The notes beneath the pieces are model-generated. The model made no database searches. It saw only the letters and a program-made list of their open reading frames with translations, and had not been told where the DNA came from. DNA of 64,000 bases. Source: a virus. Taxonomy: Duplodnaviria > Caudoviricetes. A program made the position numbers and the translations under genes. Of the stretch, positions 34,624 through 44,560 are shown one piece after another (within the stretch, counting starts at the first letter, position 1; every line of letters starts with the position of its first letter). The stretch lies in IMG/VR virus record IMGVR_UViG_2862830631_000005, positions 1-64,000 of that record. One strand, 5' to 3'.

Positions 34624-35117
34624 GGCTTCTCCTCAAGATCCTCAGGAACTTCCTGGGTGATGTCAGTTGTGGTAGACGACCAGCTGCGCAGACGGCCGCC
34701 CGTGGGCTCTGGCCCCGGGGCCCAGCGGGCAACGACCTTCACGCCGAGCTGGAAGTTCTCCAGATCGTTCGGCATGTACTTGTCTGCGAATGCCCACGCG
34801 AGTCGCGTATCGATGAGACGGTAAGACACCCAACCGTTCTTGGCGTACAAGGTGAGCAACGGAACCCCGAATGGGGTAGTCGACACCTCCACCAGCGGGT
34901 CGGTCCACTCCACTCCGAATCCGCGGCGAAGCAACGTCACGTTCGGAGCTGCCAGGCAAACACCGTCCTCGACAACAAGATTGTCGACAGGACCGTACGC
35001 GGACATGACGATGTCGTTGTAGTGCTCGACTCCATCAGAGTCCACATACCCGTCAGGGCCGTACGGGCCCGTGATCGTCAGGAGTTCCTTCTTCACCAAG
35101 TTCACGGGTCCACTCAT
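34617..35117 (-). CDS. hypothetical protein
   Basis: ORF. Confidence 0.6.
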   Translation of the reverse strand: MSGPVNLVKKELLTITGPYGPDGYVDSDGVEHYNDIVMSAYGPVDNLVVEDGVCLAAPNVTLLRRGFGVEWTDPLVEVSTTPFGVPLLTLYAKNGWVSYRLIDTRLAWAFADKYMPNDLENFQLGVKVVARWAPGPEPTGGRLRSWSSTTTDITQEVPEDLEEKPW

Positions 35118-35397
35118 CGAAATCACCTTCCCGTTTCTCGCTCTCGGCGGTGCGCGCATTCAGCCATCGCCTCAAAGCTTCCGCAGCTGCCGCTGTGTAC
35201 TTGGGGCCGCTCTTCAGGCCCTTCTTCTGCAGCACTTCCCGACGTTCCCTGTCGTACATGTCGAGTAGCGCCCGCACGTTTTCGACCTTGCCGGCGGGGT
35301 AGTCTGTGGTCTCTTCCACCTCGGCGATCGTCAACGAGAACGCCACGAAGAGCAGCTCCGCAATCCTCAGCGGGACAGTGGGTTCACCGGTCGCCAT
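35053..35397 (-). CDS. hypothetical protein
   Basis: ORF. Confidence 0.55.
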   Translation of the reverse strand: MATGEPTVPLRIAELLFVAFSLTIAEVEETTDYPAGKVENVRALLDMYDRERREVLQKKGLKSGPKYTAAAAEALRRWLNARTAESEKREGDFDEWTRELGEEGTPDDHGPVRP

Positions 35398-35740
35398 CGT
35401 CGTTCATGTCGTCCTCGAGCTTGGAGAACAGGTCGTCGGCGAACTCCTGCTGGGCCGCGCGGATCTCCTCGCGCAGATGCTCTTCCATCACGATCGACAG
35501 TGCGTTCGCCTGGTAGGCGGCCTCCAGGCCGTAGTTCGAGATGATGTAGCTGGCCAGCGTAGTGTTGTACACGTCGAGCCATGCAGCGATCGCATTTCGG
35601 TACTGGTCGGGGATCCGAGAGTGACTGCTCAGCATATCCAGGAAGACCCGCGGCCAATCGGCCAGACCGTGCGGCAACATCACCCCACCAATGGGACTGT
35701 TTTCCGGCAACTGCATCGGCTCAGGTAGCTTGTTAGCCAC
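35384..35740 (-). CDS. hypothetical protein
   Basis: ORF with GAGGA RBS. Confidence 0.6.
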   Translation of the reverse strand: MANKLPEPMQLPENSPIGGVMLPHGLADWPRVFLDMLSSHSRIPDQYRNAIAAWLDVYNTTLASYIISNYGLEAAYQANALSIVMEEHLREEIRAAQQEFADDLFSKLEDDMNDDGDR

Positions 35741-35896
35741 GACTATTCCTCTCTGCCTCGGTGATCCCAGCGAGAAAGTCACCCACCGCGGACGGCGGCA
35801 TAATCGCTGAGACATTCACGCGCACAAGACCACTCTCGTACAACTCCGTATCGGTGTTGCTGACACTGACCTGCTTCGGCCACGCTGTAGGCCAAC

Positions 35897-36268
35897 TCAC
35901 GAGAACGCTCCAATGTTCAACAACTTGTTCCGCAGTGCGAGATTGATGGCGTCCTTCTCCAATGAATGGATTCGGCGCTCGCACAACCCAAGCTGGGCGT
36001 GCGCAATGTCCATCTTGATCCGGGCGTCGATTACGGCCGGTTCCGTCTGCGCGTAAGCCTTCGCCTTACCGACAGCTCCACCCCAGCGCATCGTCGCCTC
36101 AGCTTCCTTGAGGGCGTGCTGGGTTTCGAAGTAGCGCGCCTGTGCTCGGTGCCAGGCGATCATCTTGTCCCACTTGTCAACCAGGTAGGAGTTCTTGTCC
36201 AGGCGCGTGTCGAGGAGATAGGGATTCATCTCCGTGTAGACGTACTCGGCGTCGTCATCCCAGGTCAT
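35897..36268 (-). CDS. hypothetical helical protein
   Basis: TGATG coupling with ClpP-like gene. Confidence 0.65.
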   Translation of the reverse strand: MTWDDDAEYVYTEMNPYLLDTRLDKNSYLVDKWDKMIAWHRAQARYFETQHALKEAEATMRWGGAVGKAKAYAQTEPAVIDARIKMDIAHAQLGLCERRIHSLEKDAINLALRNKLLNIGAFS

Positions 36269-36789
36269 CAGGCAACCTCGTCAACCAGCTGAAGACTCAA
36301 TGCTTCAGATCCGAGGATCTCGCGGTCCCAGGGCTGCGAGAGTGACCTGATGTCCCAGTAGGAAACCCCACAACGCTCGGCGATCAGTTCAGCGGTGCGG
36401 CGCTCATAGTTCTCCATTGATTCCAACCTGGCCTTCAGGACCGACTGAAATTCGTCGCGCGCACTCATCGACGGCTCGTGCCACATCTGCACATCGAGCT
36501 CGCCCTGGACGCGATGATCGCCGGCCTGAACCAGCAGGGTTGCGATCGATCCAGCCCACCCACGAACCTTCGTGACGATGTGGAATCGCCCATTGCCGGC
36601 GTGCTCAGAAAGTGCCCGCAACTCAGAGAACAGCGCTGTACCGTCAGGGACCGATCCGCCACCACTGTTGATGATGAACTCGATCTCCTTGATCGATGGA
36701 TGATCTGCGATATCCCGTAGCTCCATGATGGCCGCGCGCACGGACTCCTCATCGACCTCTGCGTCAAAGTAGATGGAATGCGTGCTCAT
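36268..36789 (-). CDS. ClpP-like protease
   Basis: INSGGGSV, AGSIA (catalytic Ser), MWHEP, EALSLQLVD. Confidence 0.85.
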   Translation of the reverse strand: MSTHSIYFDAEVDEESVRAAIMELRDIADHPSIKEIEFIINSGGGSVPDGTALFSELRALSEHAGNGRFHIVTKVRGWAGSIATLLVQAGDHRVQGELDVQMWHEPSMSARDEFQSVLKARLESMENYERRTAELIAERCGVSYWDIRSLSQPWDREILGSEALSLQLVDEVA

Positions 36790-37688
36790 AGCGTGATCCT
36801 CTTGAACTCAGGGACGATTCGGAGCTTGCGCGCCCACTGGCCGCACCTGACGATGTCTCGCCCGCGGCCCAGCGGAACCATGTGGATGGTCCACACCCAC
36901 TCACCCCAGTCGTCGGGCTGCTGAGGGCAGTGGAACATCAATGCGGTGGCATAGTCACAGTCATGCGAGGCAAACTCGGCTGTACTGTCTGCGTTGGGAT
37001 ACCAGTCCGCCCATGGGATGCTCTGGCACACAATGTCATCCCGGTACAGCTGCCCCTCGACGTAGAGGGCGAGCTGGCCCGACACACCCATTCGGTATGC
37101 GTCGTCCTTACCGGTCTTGATGTCAACCATGTAGCGCTCGCCGTCAATCTCGGCGATACGGTCAGCTGAGCCGGCGGCCCGCAGGGTCGACTGCCGGCCA
37201 TCGGGCAGTAGGATCGTCCGGTTCGCCTGCAGGAATACCTCGCGAGCGAGGATCCTCAACCGTGAACTCGAAGCGATGTACTTGTGGTAGCCATCCAACG
37301 GGCCCTTGAACTCCTCCGGAACCAGAGACCAGTCCAGAGTGTCCGTCTCCACAGCCTCACAGAAGTCGTGGATAGCGGTGCCGCGGTCAGCCTTCGTGTC
37401 CGACCCGCCGATCTTCTCCGCAGTGCCGATGACATCCTTGAAGTCACCCTTTGCGGTGTCCCAGTCGCCACCCTTGGCTACCAACGCCTTGACGCGCGCC
37501 TCAACAGACTTGTCGCGCGCCATGCCGATCATGGCCTTCGTCTGGTAGTACTGGAACAGCCCGTCCGACGCCTTGTCGATGTCCTTCGCTAGCGTCGAGG
37601 GTCGCGAATATCCGATGCGCTTGCCACCCTCCGGTGGGTAGAGCATCGGTCGCTTGTAGCGATCCCGAGGGATGTTCCAGTCGGTGAT
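36786..37688 (-). CDS. RecE/Cas4-like PD-(D/E)XK exonuclease (start uncertain)
   Basis: RGTAIH..E..AGSAD..VDIKTG..QLALY; frame open upstream of ATG 37646. Confidence 0.8.
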   Translation of the reverse strand: MTDWNIPRDRYKRPMLYPPEGGKRIGYSRPSTLAKDIDKASDGLFQYYQTKAMIGMARDKSVEARVKALVAKGGDWDTAKGDFKDVIGTAEKIGGSDTKADRGTAIHDFCEAVETDTLDWSLVPEEFKGPLDGYHKYIASSSRLRILAREVFLQANRTILLPDGRQSTLRAAGSADRIAEIDGERYMVDIKTGKDDAYRMGVSGQLALYVEGQLYRDDIVCQSIPWADWYPNADSTAEFASHDCDYATALMFHCPQQPDDWGEWVWTIHMVPLGRGRDIVRCGQWARKLRIVPEFKRITL

Positions 37689-37846
37689 GGTTGTATTCCT
37701 AAGAGGCGAAGAGTAGGACGGCTATCAGCAACCAAAAGCCAACGAGCATAACGTAATACTGGCTCACGGCATTGAGAGGACGACGATGAGCAAGGCGAGG
37801 CCGATGGAGAAGAGGTAGCTCGACAGCACGTAGCCGCCTTCCATCT

Positions 37847-38521
37847 TTACTTCTCCTCCGCGCCGAGAACGTTCTTCGCTACCAGCTCGCGGTAGTGGTC
37901 GGCGGTGGCGCTCAACGCCTCCACATTCGTTGAGGTCAGCAGGTTCTCGCCGTACTTCTCCTTGAAGTAGGCGGTTGCCTCCTTGGAGGTCTGACCCGCT
38001 TCCTTCACCGCGTCCTTGACGACCGCGAGAGCCTTTCGGACAGCAGCAGTCTGGGCGTCATCGGCGTTCGGTGCAGGCTTCGGGCGGGACTTCGCACGCC
38101 CAGAGGCCGCGTTGCCGTCATCGTCATTGTCGGCGACCAAGCCGAGGACAGCCATGTAGGCGTAGCGGCGCGCGTAGGTGATCGCCGAGCCCTGCGCCTG
38201 CGGGTCGTTCTTCACAGGCCGAAGGATCATCTCCGAGGTGATGGAGTCCCATCCGGAGGCCCCACCCTCCCATACCACAACGGTGCGCAAGGTGTCGTAC
38301 GGCTTGCCCTCGATGACGGTGTAGCTGGGCAGCTGCGTGACGGCCAGCCCATGCTTGGCCAGGACCGGCTGAGCTTCCTTCATCACCGCGGGAAGGTCGG
38401 CGTAGGTGCTCTTGAAGAACGGGTTCGCCGTATCCTTCGCAACGACGCCGAACTCGGCCTGCGCGGCAACGAGTGCCTCGGTGAGTCTGCCGTGGATGTA
38501 CTTGCTTTCAGTCTCGGTCAA
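37847..38521 (-). CDS. ERF-family ssDNA annealing protein
   Basis: NPFFKSTYADL, QAQGSAITYARRY, DDDG. Confidence 0.92.
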   Translation of the reverse strand: MTETESKYIHGRLTEALVAAQAEFGVVAKDTANPFFKSTYADLPAVMKEAQPVLAKHGLAVTQLPSYTVIEGKPYDTLRTVVVWEGGASGWDSITSEMILRPVKNDPQAQGSAITYARRYAYMAVLGLVADNDDDGNAASGRAKSRPKPAPNADDAQTAAVRKALAVVKDAVKEAGQTSKEATAYFKEKYGENLLTSTNVEALSATADHYRELVAKNVLGAEEK

Positions 38522-38598
38522 AGAGGGCTCCTGCGTAGAGAATTAGCCCGAATGGCACCCATAGTTGCCACGGGATGAAGAAGATCGGACTGATGAGG

Positions 38599-38781
38599 TC
38601 AGTCAAAGAGGATGCCGGCGAGCATTCCGACGAAGAACAGGATCACCACTGATACCCCGAACGCGGCAAGCGTGGGTGCAGCGACAAGCCACCACGACCA
38701 CGCCGCGATAGGGTCCACCCCGGCCAGCTTGAGGATGGTGAGGACAATACTGGCGATGATGCCCAGTCCGGTGATGTTCAC
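38599..38781 (-). CDS. small membrane protein
   Basis: Two TM segments, LKLAG..WSWWLV. Confidence 0.7.
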   Translation of the reverse strand: MNITGLGIIASIVLTILKLAGVDPIAAWSWWLVAAPTLAAFGVSVVILFFVGMLAGILFD

Positions 38782-39131
38782 GCGCGGATACCCTTCTGTT
38801 GGGCACGGTTGATGGTGCCCTGATCACGGATGGTGTCGGCAAGGATCGCGAGGACGGACTCGCTCGACGCGTCGCTGCCGTTCGGGATATGTCGGGCTAC
38901 CGCCTTGTAGGCAGACCACCAGGTGCGCTCTTCATCAACAGCGCCCGCGCGGGGGAGTGCCTTGTCGAGCGCCTGGAGGAAGGAGAGCTTCTCCTCAACC
39001 ATCAACCTCTTGGCGATGTTGAGGGCAGCTAGTAGCCCATCCGGGTCGCTCGTGATAACACCGTTGTGGCGCTTAGCTACTCGCCTCAGTGTTGCCGGAT
39101 AACCCATGTACCACATTCTTAGAGGGCACAT
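38778..39131 (-). CDS. hypothetical protein
   Basis: ORF; start uncertain. Confidence 0.6.
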   Translation of the reverse strand: MCPLRMWYMGYPATLRRVAKRHNGVITSDPDGLLAALNIAKRLMVEEKLSFLQALDKALPRAGAVDEERTWWSAYKAVARHIPNGSDASSESVLAILADTIRDQGTINRAQQKGIRA

Positions 39132-39139
39132 CGGGTGGT

Positions 39140-39657
39140 GTGAAACAGGTGGGAGCGCCCCGGGTCACGACTCCCGGGGCGGCGCGCCTGCGCACCTGAC
39201 CTTCAGCGGGGAAGGGAGTTCGCCGCGTCGTCAGGCCCCTCGGTAAGTGTAAGGGGTGCCCATCGTAGTTGTTGACACCCGTCACCGACGGAAAACTGAG
39301 AGTTCCCTGTGAGAATATGACAGCGGGGGCGTAAATGTCCAGTTCGTGGACGTGTACCTGTTTCACACCCCACGAGTCTCAAGGTAGCGTCCTCGCGCAG
39401 AGAGGATTGGCGAGGCAACGAGCACCTAGCGAAGCCCTAGCCTTCGGGATCGAAGGCGTCTACGGGAGCGGGTCGGCTGGTACGAGCGCCTGAAACGAAA
39501 CGTAGCTCATACCAACAATCCCAACAGTACTTGTTTCTACTTCGAAAATACTTATATCCCAAGATATCCCGTTACTTACGTAACCAACCTACGTAACGCG
39601 CGCGCGCGAGACAGCGACCTGTTTCACGCAAAAAAATCCCTGCAAAACTCACTTCCC
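39140..39657. promoter_or_regulatory. divergent control region with three ACCTGTTTCAC sites and an AT-richer tract
   Basis: Motif at 39140, 39356, 39617; transcription diverges here. Confidence 0.6.
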
Positions 39658-40059
39658 GTGAGCAAAATTGTGACCACCGAGAGAAAGCCAGCAGTCGCGG
39701 CCGTGCCCGCTACCAAGACGCTGATCCTGGAGGAGGGACGCATCACCTTCACCGAGTCGGAAGACGGTCGGAGGTGGGACGGCGTGGTAGGCACGCCAGT
39801 GACCTTCCACACCGAGGATGCGTTGAACCTGTTCCTCGCGGCTCTCGCCAAGATCGCTGACACGTCGTCCCCAAAGATCGTCAGAAACAGCGAGGAGCTG
39901 GCCGAACAGCCGGAGGGGATTCGCTGGAAGTCCAGCTACAACGGTGGGACGTACACCGTCAAAGACGGTGCAGTCCGTTACGCACCGACGTGGGAAGCTA
40001 GCGCGTCGGCACCGGTTAAGTGCGTGACGCCGAAGGCATTCCCGCTGGTGCGTGCCTGA
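39658..40059 (+). CDS. hypothetical protein
   Basis: ORF; TGATG coupling. Confidence 0.65.
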   Translation: MSKIVTTERKPAVAAVPATKTLILEEGRITFTESEDGRRWDGVVGTPVTFHTEDALNLFLAALAKIADTSSPKIVRNSEELAEQPEGIRWKSSYNGGTYTVKDGAVRYAPTWEASASAPVKCVTPKAFPLVRA

Positions 40060-40862
40060 TGGGAAAGCACAACACGCAGTGGCATGCCGAAATCGCCAAA
40101 AGCAACATCATCCTCCTCACCGAAGTTGGATCCGGACTACACGGAGTCACCATCTCCGGGACCGATGACCACGACGAGATGGGTGTGTGCATCACCCCAC
40201 CAGAGTGCGTCATCGGCACGCAGAAGTTCGAGCAGTACCAGGACCGCTGGCACCTCGATGGTCTGCGCATCGCCGAGGGACAGAGATCCGGCCCGGGTGA
40301 CACAGACCACGTCACCTACTCCCTGCAGAAGTACGCGCGACTGGCCGCGGACGGCAACCCGACCGTACTGATGCCTCTCTTCGCGCCGCGGGAGAAGACC
40401 TACGTCGAGACCGAACTCGGCGCAGAGTTGCGGGCGAATCGCGACCTGTTCCTCAGCAAGCAAGCCGGCGCGCGATTCCTCGGATACCTTGTCGCACAGC
40501 GTGAACGGGCACAGGGCCTCCGCGGCAAGAAGCACACCAACCGCCGCGAGCTGGTCGAGAAGTTCGGCTACGACACCAAAATGATGTACCACGCCATCCG
40601 GCTGGCCATCCAGGGAACACAACTGATGGACATCGGAGTGGTGGTTCTTCCGATGATGAAGACTCACCGAGAGCTCCTACTGCGCGTCCGCGAAGGTGCC
40701 TTCTCACTGGAGCATGCACTCGACATCCTCGCGGCCCTCACGGACGACCTACGCGAGGCCATCGCGTACAGCACGCTACCGGACAAGCCCAACACCGATG
40801 AGCTCGATGACTTCCTCATCGGCATGCACAACCGTCACTGGACATCGAAAGGAATGCTATGA
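40059..40862 (+). CDS. RlaP/YcgL-like nucleotidyltransferase
   Basis: VGSGLHG..DDHDE..GNPT..YDTK..HAIRL. Confidence 0.85.
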   Translation: MGKHNTQWHAEIAKSNIILLTEVGSGLHGVTISGTDDHDEMGVCITPPECVIGTQKFEQYQDRWHLDGLRIAEGQRSGPGDTDHVTYSLQKYARLAADGNPTVLMPLFAPREKTYVETELGAELRANRDLFLSKQAGARFLGYLVAQRERAQGLRGKKHTNRRELVEKFGYDTKMMYHAIRLAIQGTQLMDIGVVVLPMMKTHRELLLRVREGAFSLEHALDILAALTDDLREAIAYSTLPDKPNTDELDDFLIGMHNRHWTSKGML

Positions 40863-41173
40863 GCTCCAAGCTGAACCCCACCCCAGGTCTGCATCAGGTC
40901 GTCCCGAACGTCGACCCAGAGCTGGCTGTGAAGATCACCGGACGCAACGCCGGGGCGATCACATACCTGCTGTCCCTCACCGCGGAGAAGCTCGGGATGG
41001 GTGTGGACGTTACCTTCAGCTTCGCATCCGACGGCTCACTACAGGAGGTCGTCACCACCAACGAAACAGGGTGGACCGCGGTTGCGCGCCAGGGTGAGTA
41101 CGTCGTCACCAACGAAGAGGGCGCAGCGTTCATCACCCAGGCTGAGTACGAGTCGGAATTGCGCGCACTGTGA
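40859..41173 (+). CDS. hypothetical protein
   Basis: Coupled ORF. Confidence 0.65.
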   Translation: MSSKLNPTPGLHQVVPNVDPELAVKITGRNAGAITYLLSLTAEKLGMGVDVTFSFASDGSLQEVVTTNETGWTAVARQGEYVVTNEEGAAFITQAEYESELRAL

Positions 41174-41442
41174 GCGGATTCCAAACCTACACCCACAACC
41201 CAACAGAGGTTGACGCGCTGCAGGTGGCGAAGCCGTGGAACAAGATCAAGGTCCACGTCCCGTTCGCACACCCGGTCTACCAGGCGAACGGCCGCACCAT
41301 CGAGTACTTCAAGATCTCAACCCCAGGTGAGCTGACGGTGAAGAAGGCCCATCCTGGCGACTGGATCGTGAAGTACCCCACTGGGTGCGTCTCGGTGCTC
41401 ACCGATGAGCAGTTCCAGCGCTACTACGGCGAGGGGGAGTGA
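41170..41442 (+). CDS. hypothetical protein, YorJ/Tad2-like-fold candidate
   Basis: EVDALQ..AHPGDWIVK..F..YY motif common in phages. Confidence 0.55.
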   Translation: MSGFQTYTHNPTEVDALQVAKPWNKIKVHVPFAHPVYQANGRTIEYFKISTPGELTVKKAHPGDWIVKYPTGCVSVLTDEQFQRYYGEGE

Positions 41443-41687
41443 TGCGCAGTAACGGCGCGCTCGTCTACGTGGGGATCATTGTGTGGCTGGTCGTCATCGT
41501 TGCGACTGCTATCGCACTGGCCGGCTGTCAGCCGGCCGAATCACCCAACCATGATGTCGGCACCTACGAACCATCCGACCCGGGTGGGTTTGTGGTCACA
41601 CCCCGCGGAGGGGTTGGCATCGACCTTGGTGGTGGTGTGTATATCGACCCTGCTACCGGCGGGGTCGGAGTCGGGATCCCGTTCTGA
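41439..41687 (+). CDS. lipoprotein-like membrane protein
   Basis: TM segment plus LAGC lipobox. Confidence 0.6.
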   Translation: MMRSNGALVYVGIIVWLVVIVATAIALAGCQPAESPNHDVGTYEPSDPGGFVVTPRGGVGIDLGGGVYIDPATGGVGVGIPF

Positions 41688-42328
41688 TGAGCCAGCCAGA
41701 CATCCTGAAGTACATCAGATTCGCTGAAGAGAATCTGGAGGAGGTTGTTCTCCCGAACTCCTACGGCGACTTCCACGCCAAGGGGTTGGACTACCTGTGC
41801 CTCTACCGGTCTCCGGGATACACCGTGAAAGTGTACCTCTTCCCTGATGGGATGGAGAATCAGGAGTATGGCGAGGTAGTGAATCCGCACGACCACCGAT
41901 ACGACTTCCACACGCGATGCCTATCCGGTGTGATCGAGAACCAGTGGTACCGGATCCCTCCCTGCTGGGATGGTGAATCCGAGGGTGACGAGTGCGGACA
42001 GATGTACAACGTATTCGCTTGGGACACACCACTGCTGGGTGGCGATGGCTTCCGTTACATGGATCGCGTCCCGCTTCAGCGAAACGAGGTTCGGCAGTTC
42101 CCGAAGGGGCAGACATACTACATGTCCGCCGAGGAATACCACACGATCCGCGTTGTCGAACCAGAGACGGCGATACTTCTGGTTCAGTACGAGGATGTCA
42201 TCCCAGTTGGTTTGCCGACACTGACGTTCACACAGTCCGACAAGGCCCCATCGATCGACGGGCTCTACAGCGGGTTCACCGCAGACCAGGCGCTCGACAA
42301 GCTGCAACTTCTGAAGGATCTCCTATGA
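41687..42328 (+). CDS. cupin-like protein
   Basis: PHDHRY..G.IEN..YHTI. Confidence 0.65.
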   Translation: MSQPDILKYIRFAEENLEEVVLPNSYGDFHAKGLDYLCLYRSPGYTVKVYLFPDGMENQEYGEVVNPHDHRYDFHTRCLSGVIENQWYRIPPCWDGESEGDECGQMYNVFAWDTPLLGGDGFRYMDRVPLQRNEVRQFPKGQTYYMSAEEYHTIRVVEPETAILLVQYEDVIPVGLPTLTFTQSDKAPSIDGLYSGFTADQALDKLQLLKDLL

Positions 42329-42636
42329 AGAGCATGAAAGACCTCACCTCCGAGCTCGCTGCCGCTGAGAAGGTCGTGGAGAACATCAAGCTGGAGATCG
42401 AGAACTTCGATGACTACCCGCTGGGCACTGTCTTGAAGCGTACGGACGACCGTCTCTTTGGGACGTTCGTGTACGCAATCAAGATGGCGAGCATCAACAG
42501 CGCGCACCTGGAGAAGTCCCATGTGCCAGTTTGGCGGGTTATCTACGATGACTTCTCCGGATTCAGCGATACTCTTCCGGGCCTGAAGAGCGAAGGAACC
42601 TGGAAGGTGGCCTACATGCCCGAGGGGACGTGGTGA
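42325..42636 (+). CDS. hypothetical protein
   Basis: ATG overlapping upstream stop. Confidence 0.6.
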   Translation: MKSMKDLTSELAAAEKVVENIKLEIENFDDYPLGTVLKRTDDRLFGTFVYAIKMASINSAHLEKSHVPVWRVIYDDFSGFSDTLPGLKSEGTWKVAYMPEGTW

Positions 42637-42849
42637 TTCTCGGAATGACAGGGACGAGGAATCCCCTGACGAGACAGCAGCTGAAGTGGCTGGATGTGAA
42701 TGCATGAGTGGGAGGCGTTGGGCTGAGGGGGATTCAGCAAGCCAGGCGCAGGGACACCTCTACACCCTGTCCGACGCCGATATTGACGGTGACAGTGGAG
42801 ACCAGCTCGTCGGTAGCCTGGAAGTTGACGCAGGCTCCAGATAGGGCAC

Positions 42850-42893
42850 AAAAACAAACCCCCCAACCCATCACAGCGGGTTGGGGGGTTTCG
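42850..42893. terminator. bidirectional terminator between convergent operons
   Basis: AAACCCCCCAACCC...GGGTTGGGGGGTTT. Confidence 0.8.
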
Positions 42894-42909
42894 TCTGTCT
42901 CCGTGGCTC

Positions 42910-43161
42910 TCAGGCGGCCACAGGCACAGCCTGAGTGAGCTCACGAATCTTGTCGATACGGAAGTCTCCCCACCAGTCATCGGTCTCGGCGACATGCACC
43001 ACAGGGGCCACCTCGAAGCCGCGCGCCTTCAACGCTGCAGCAGCCTCGTGATCCTGGTCGATCCGCACCTCCGTGAACATCACACCCCCCCGGGTCAACT
43101 GGCTCTTCGTGAGGTTGCACTTGTGGCAGTTCGGGCCAGTTGTGAACACAGTGACGGTCAT
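42910..43161 (-). CDS. nrdH: NrdH-like glutaredoxin
   Basis: CHKC, APVV, WGDFRIDKI. Confidence 0.9.
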   Translation of the reverse strand: MTVTVFTTGPNCHKCNLTKSQLTRGGVMFTEVRIDQDHEAAAALKARGFEVAPVVHVAETDDWWGDFRIDKIRELTQAVPVAA

Positions 43162-44180
43162 CGGATCCCTTCAGCGACCGACCGCAAGAAACGCACCGCG
43201 GGGTCGAGGTTGTAGTTACAGTGAGGTGCCGTGGCGAACGGCTGAGTAGTGATGAACTGACCGCCCAAGATGATCGCGTAGAACATCGCCGGGATCTCCA
43301 CCACCGGCCGGCGCAGAATCTCACCGATCTGCTCCAACAGCGAATCGGTGCCGACCCATAGTCCGTCGAGATTCTGCACCACCTTGTAGATGGCCGTCAT
43401 CATCTCACCGGCATTGGAATCCGGTGTGTCAGTGTAGATGTCGCGGCCGAATCCACTGTTCGCGCCGTGAGCGAAGTCGAACCACCAATCAGGAGTATCG
43501 ACTAGCAGATCATCCGAAATGCCCTGACCATCAGGGATCGGAACACCCTCATACAGGTTACCATTCGCGACGCCAAGTTCGCGCATAGGATTACCGAGCG
43601 TTACCGCGGCGATCACATCGCCGAGTCGGTCGTGCAGCTCGCCACCCTCGGCGAGGATGTCGTACTTCCACACCAACGAGATGACGATCGCTCCCTGGCT
43701 GTACCCGATCAGCGCAAACTTGCCCTTGCGGAGCTTGATCTGCTTGATAAGCTCGCGCCGGCCCTTCTGCACCGAAGGGCCCATAGGGAAGGCGTCGGCC
43801 GGGTAGTTGCCGATCGGCTGCCACTCCCATAGGTCCAGCAGCTGCCTTGCGATGTCGGCGGGATACCCGGGGCCCACCGGGTCACGCTGTCCCGTCCCGT
43901 GGACAGTGAACAGAACCGGCTTCGCGCGTTCGATCAGACCCAACGCGACCTGTGTGGCCCAGTCCAGAACGCCATCGGTGCGCAGATCGGTCCCGTACTG
44001 AATGTTGTACCGAACCTGGAACTGCTTAAGCACCTGGACGAATGTGACCGTTGCCAGGTCTCCGTCAGGGCCGTACGGGTCTTCGAGGATCTTCCCGTAC
44101 GAGTACTTGGCCTTCAGCTTGCGCTTCGCCTCACGCACGGGCTCGCCGCGCATGCCGAGCTCCCACCCAATCCAAGCCAT
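43158..44180 (-). CDS. lysB: lysin B (cutinase-like esterase)
   Basis: N-terminal PG-binding region, GYSQG, GNP. Confidence 0.92.
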   Translation of the reverse strand: MAWIGWELGMRGEPVREAKRKLKAKYSYGKILEDPYGPDGDLATVTFVQVLKQFQVRYNIQYGTDLRTDGVLDWATQVALGLIERAKPVLFTVHGTGQRDPVGPGYPADIARQLLDLWEWQPIGNYPADAFPMGPSVQKGRRELIKQIKLRKGKFALIGYSQGAIVISLVWKYDILAEGGELHDRLGDVIAAVTLGNPMRELGVANGNLYEGVPIPDGQGISDDLLVDTPDWWFDFAHGANSGFGRDIYTDTPDSNAGEMMTAIYKVVQNLDGLWVGTDSLLEQIGEILRRPVVEIPAMFYAIILGGQFITTQPFATAPHCNYNLDPAVRFLRSVAEGIR

Positions 44181-44251
44181 GGGTTACCTTCTTTCGTGCA
44201 GAACAAACAAGCCCCTCCGCGAAACACGCAGGGGCCGTTCGTTGTTAGGTG

Positions 44252-44560
44252 TCAGTCCTTGTAGGACGCGATTAGGCGTTCAACCACATCTGGGTTCCGC
44301 GCCGCAGCGACAGCCGCCTCCGTAGCGATCTCCGGGTTGTTATCGATGGCGTTGAGAACCTGGTCCACGGTCGCCTCGTTGCGGACAAACCACGTCGCAG
44401 CACCAACCACGGCTGAGACACCGACAGCGATGGCGTGAATCCACGGCATGTCGCTGGAAGCGTCGATAGCCGCACCCAGTCCCTCCATGCCGGCGAACGA
44501 CACAGAGAACGCCGCAACGGCCTTCTTAACCTCGCGGACGCGAGTCATGAACGTAGTCAC
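44252..44560 (-). CDS. holin-like membrane protein
   Basis: Two hydrophobic segments, between lysins. Confidence 0.65.
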   Translation of the reverse strand: MTTFMTRVREVKKAVAAFSVSFAGMEGLGAAIDASSDMPWIHAIAVGVSAVVGAATWFVRNEATVDQVLNAIDNNPEIATEAAVAAARNPDVVERLIASYKD

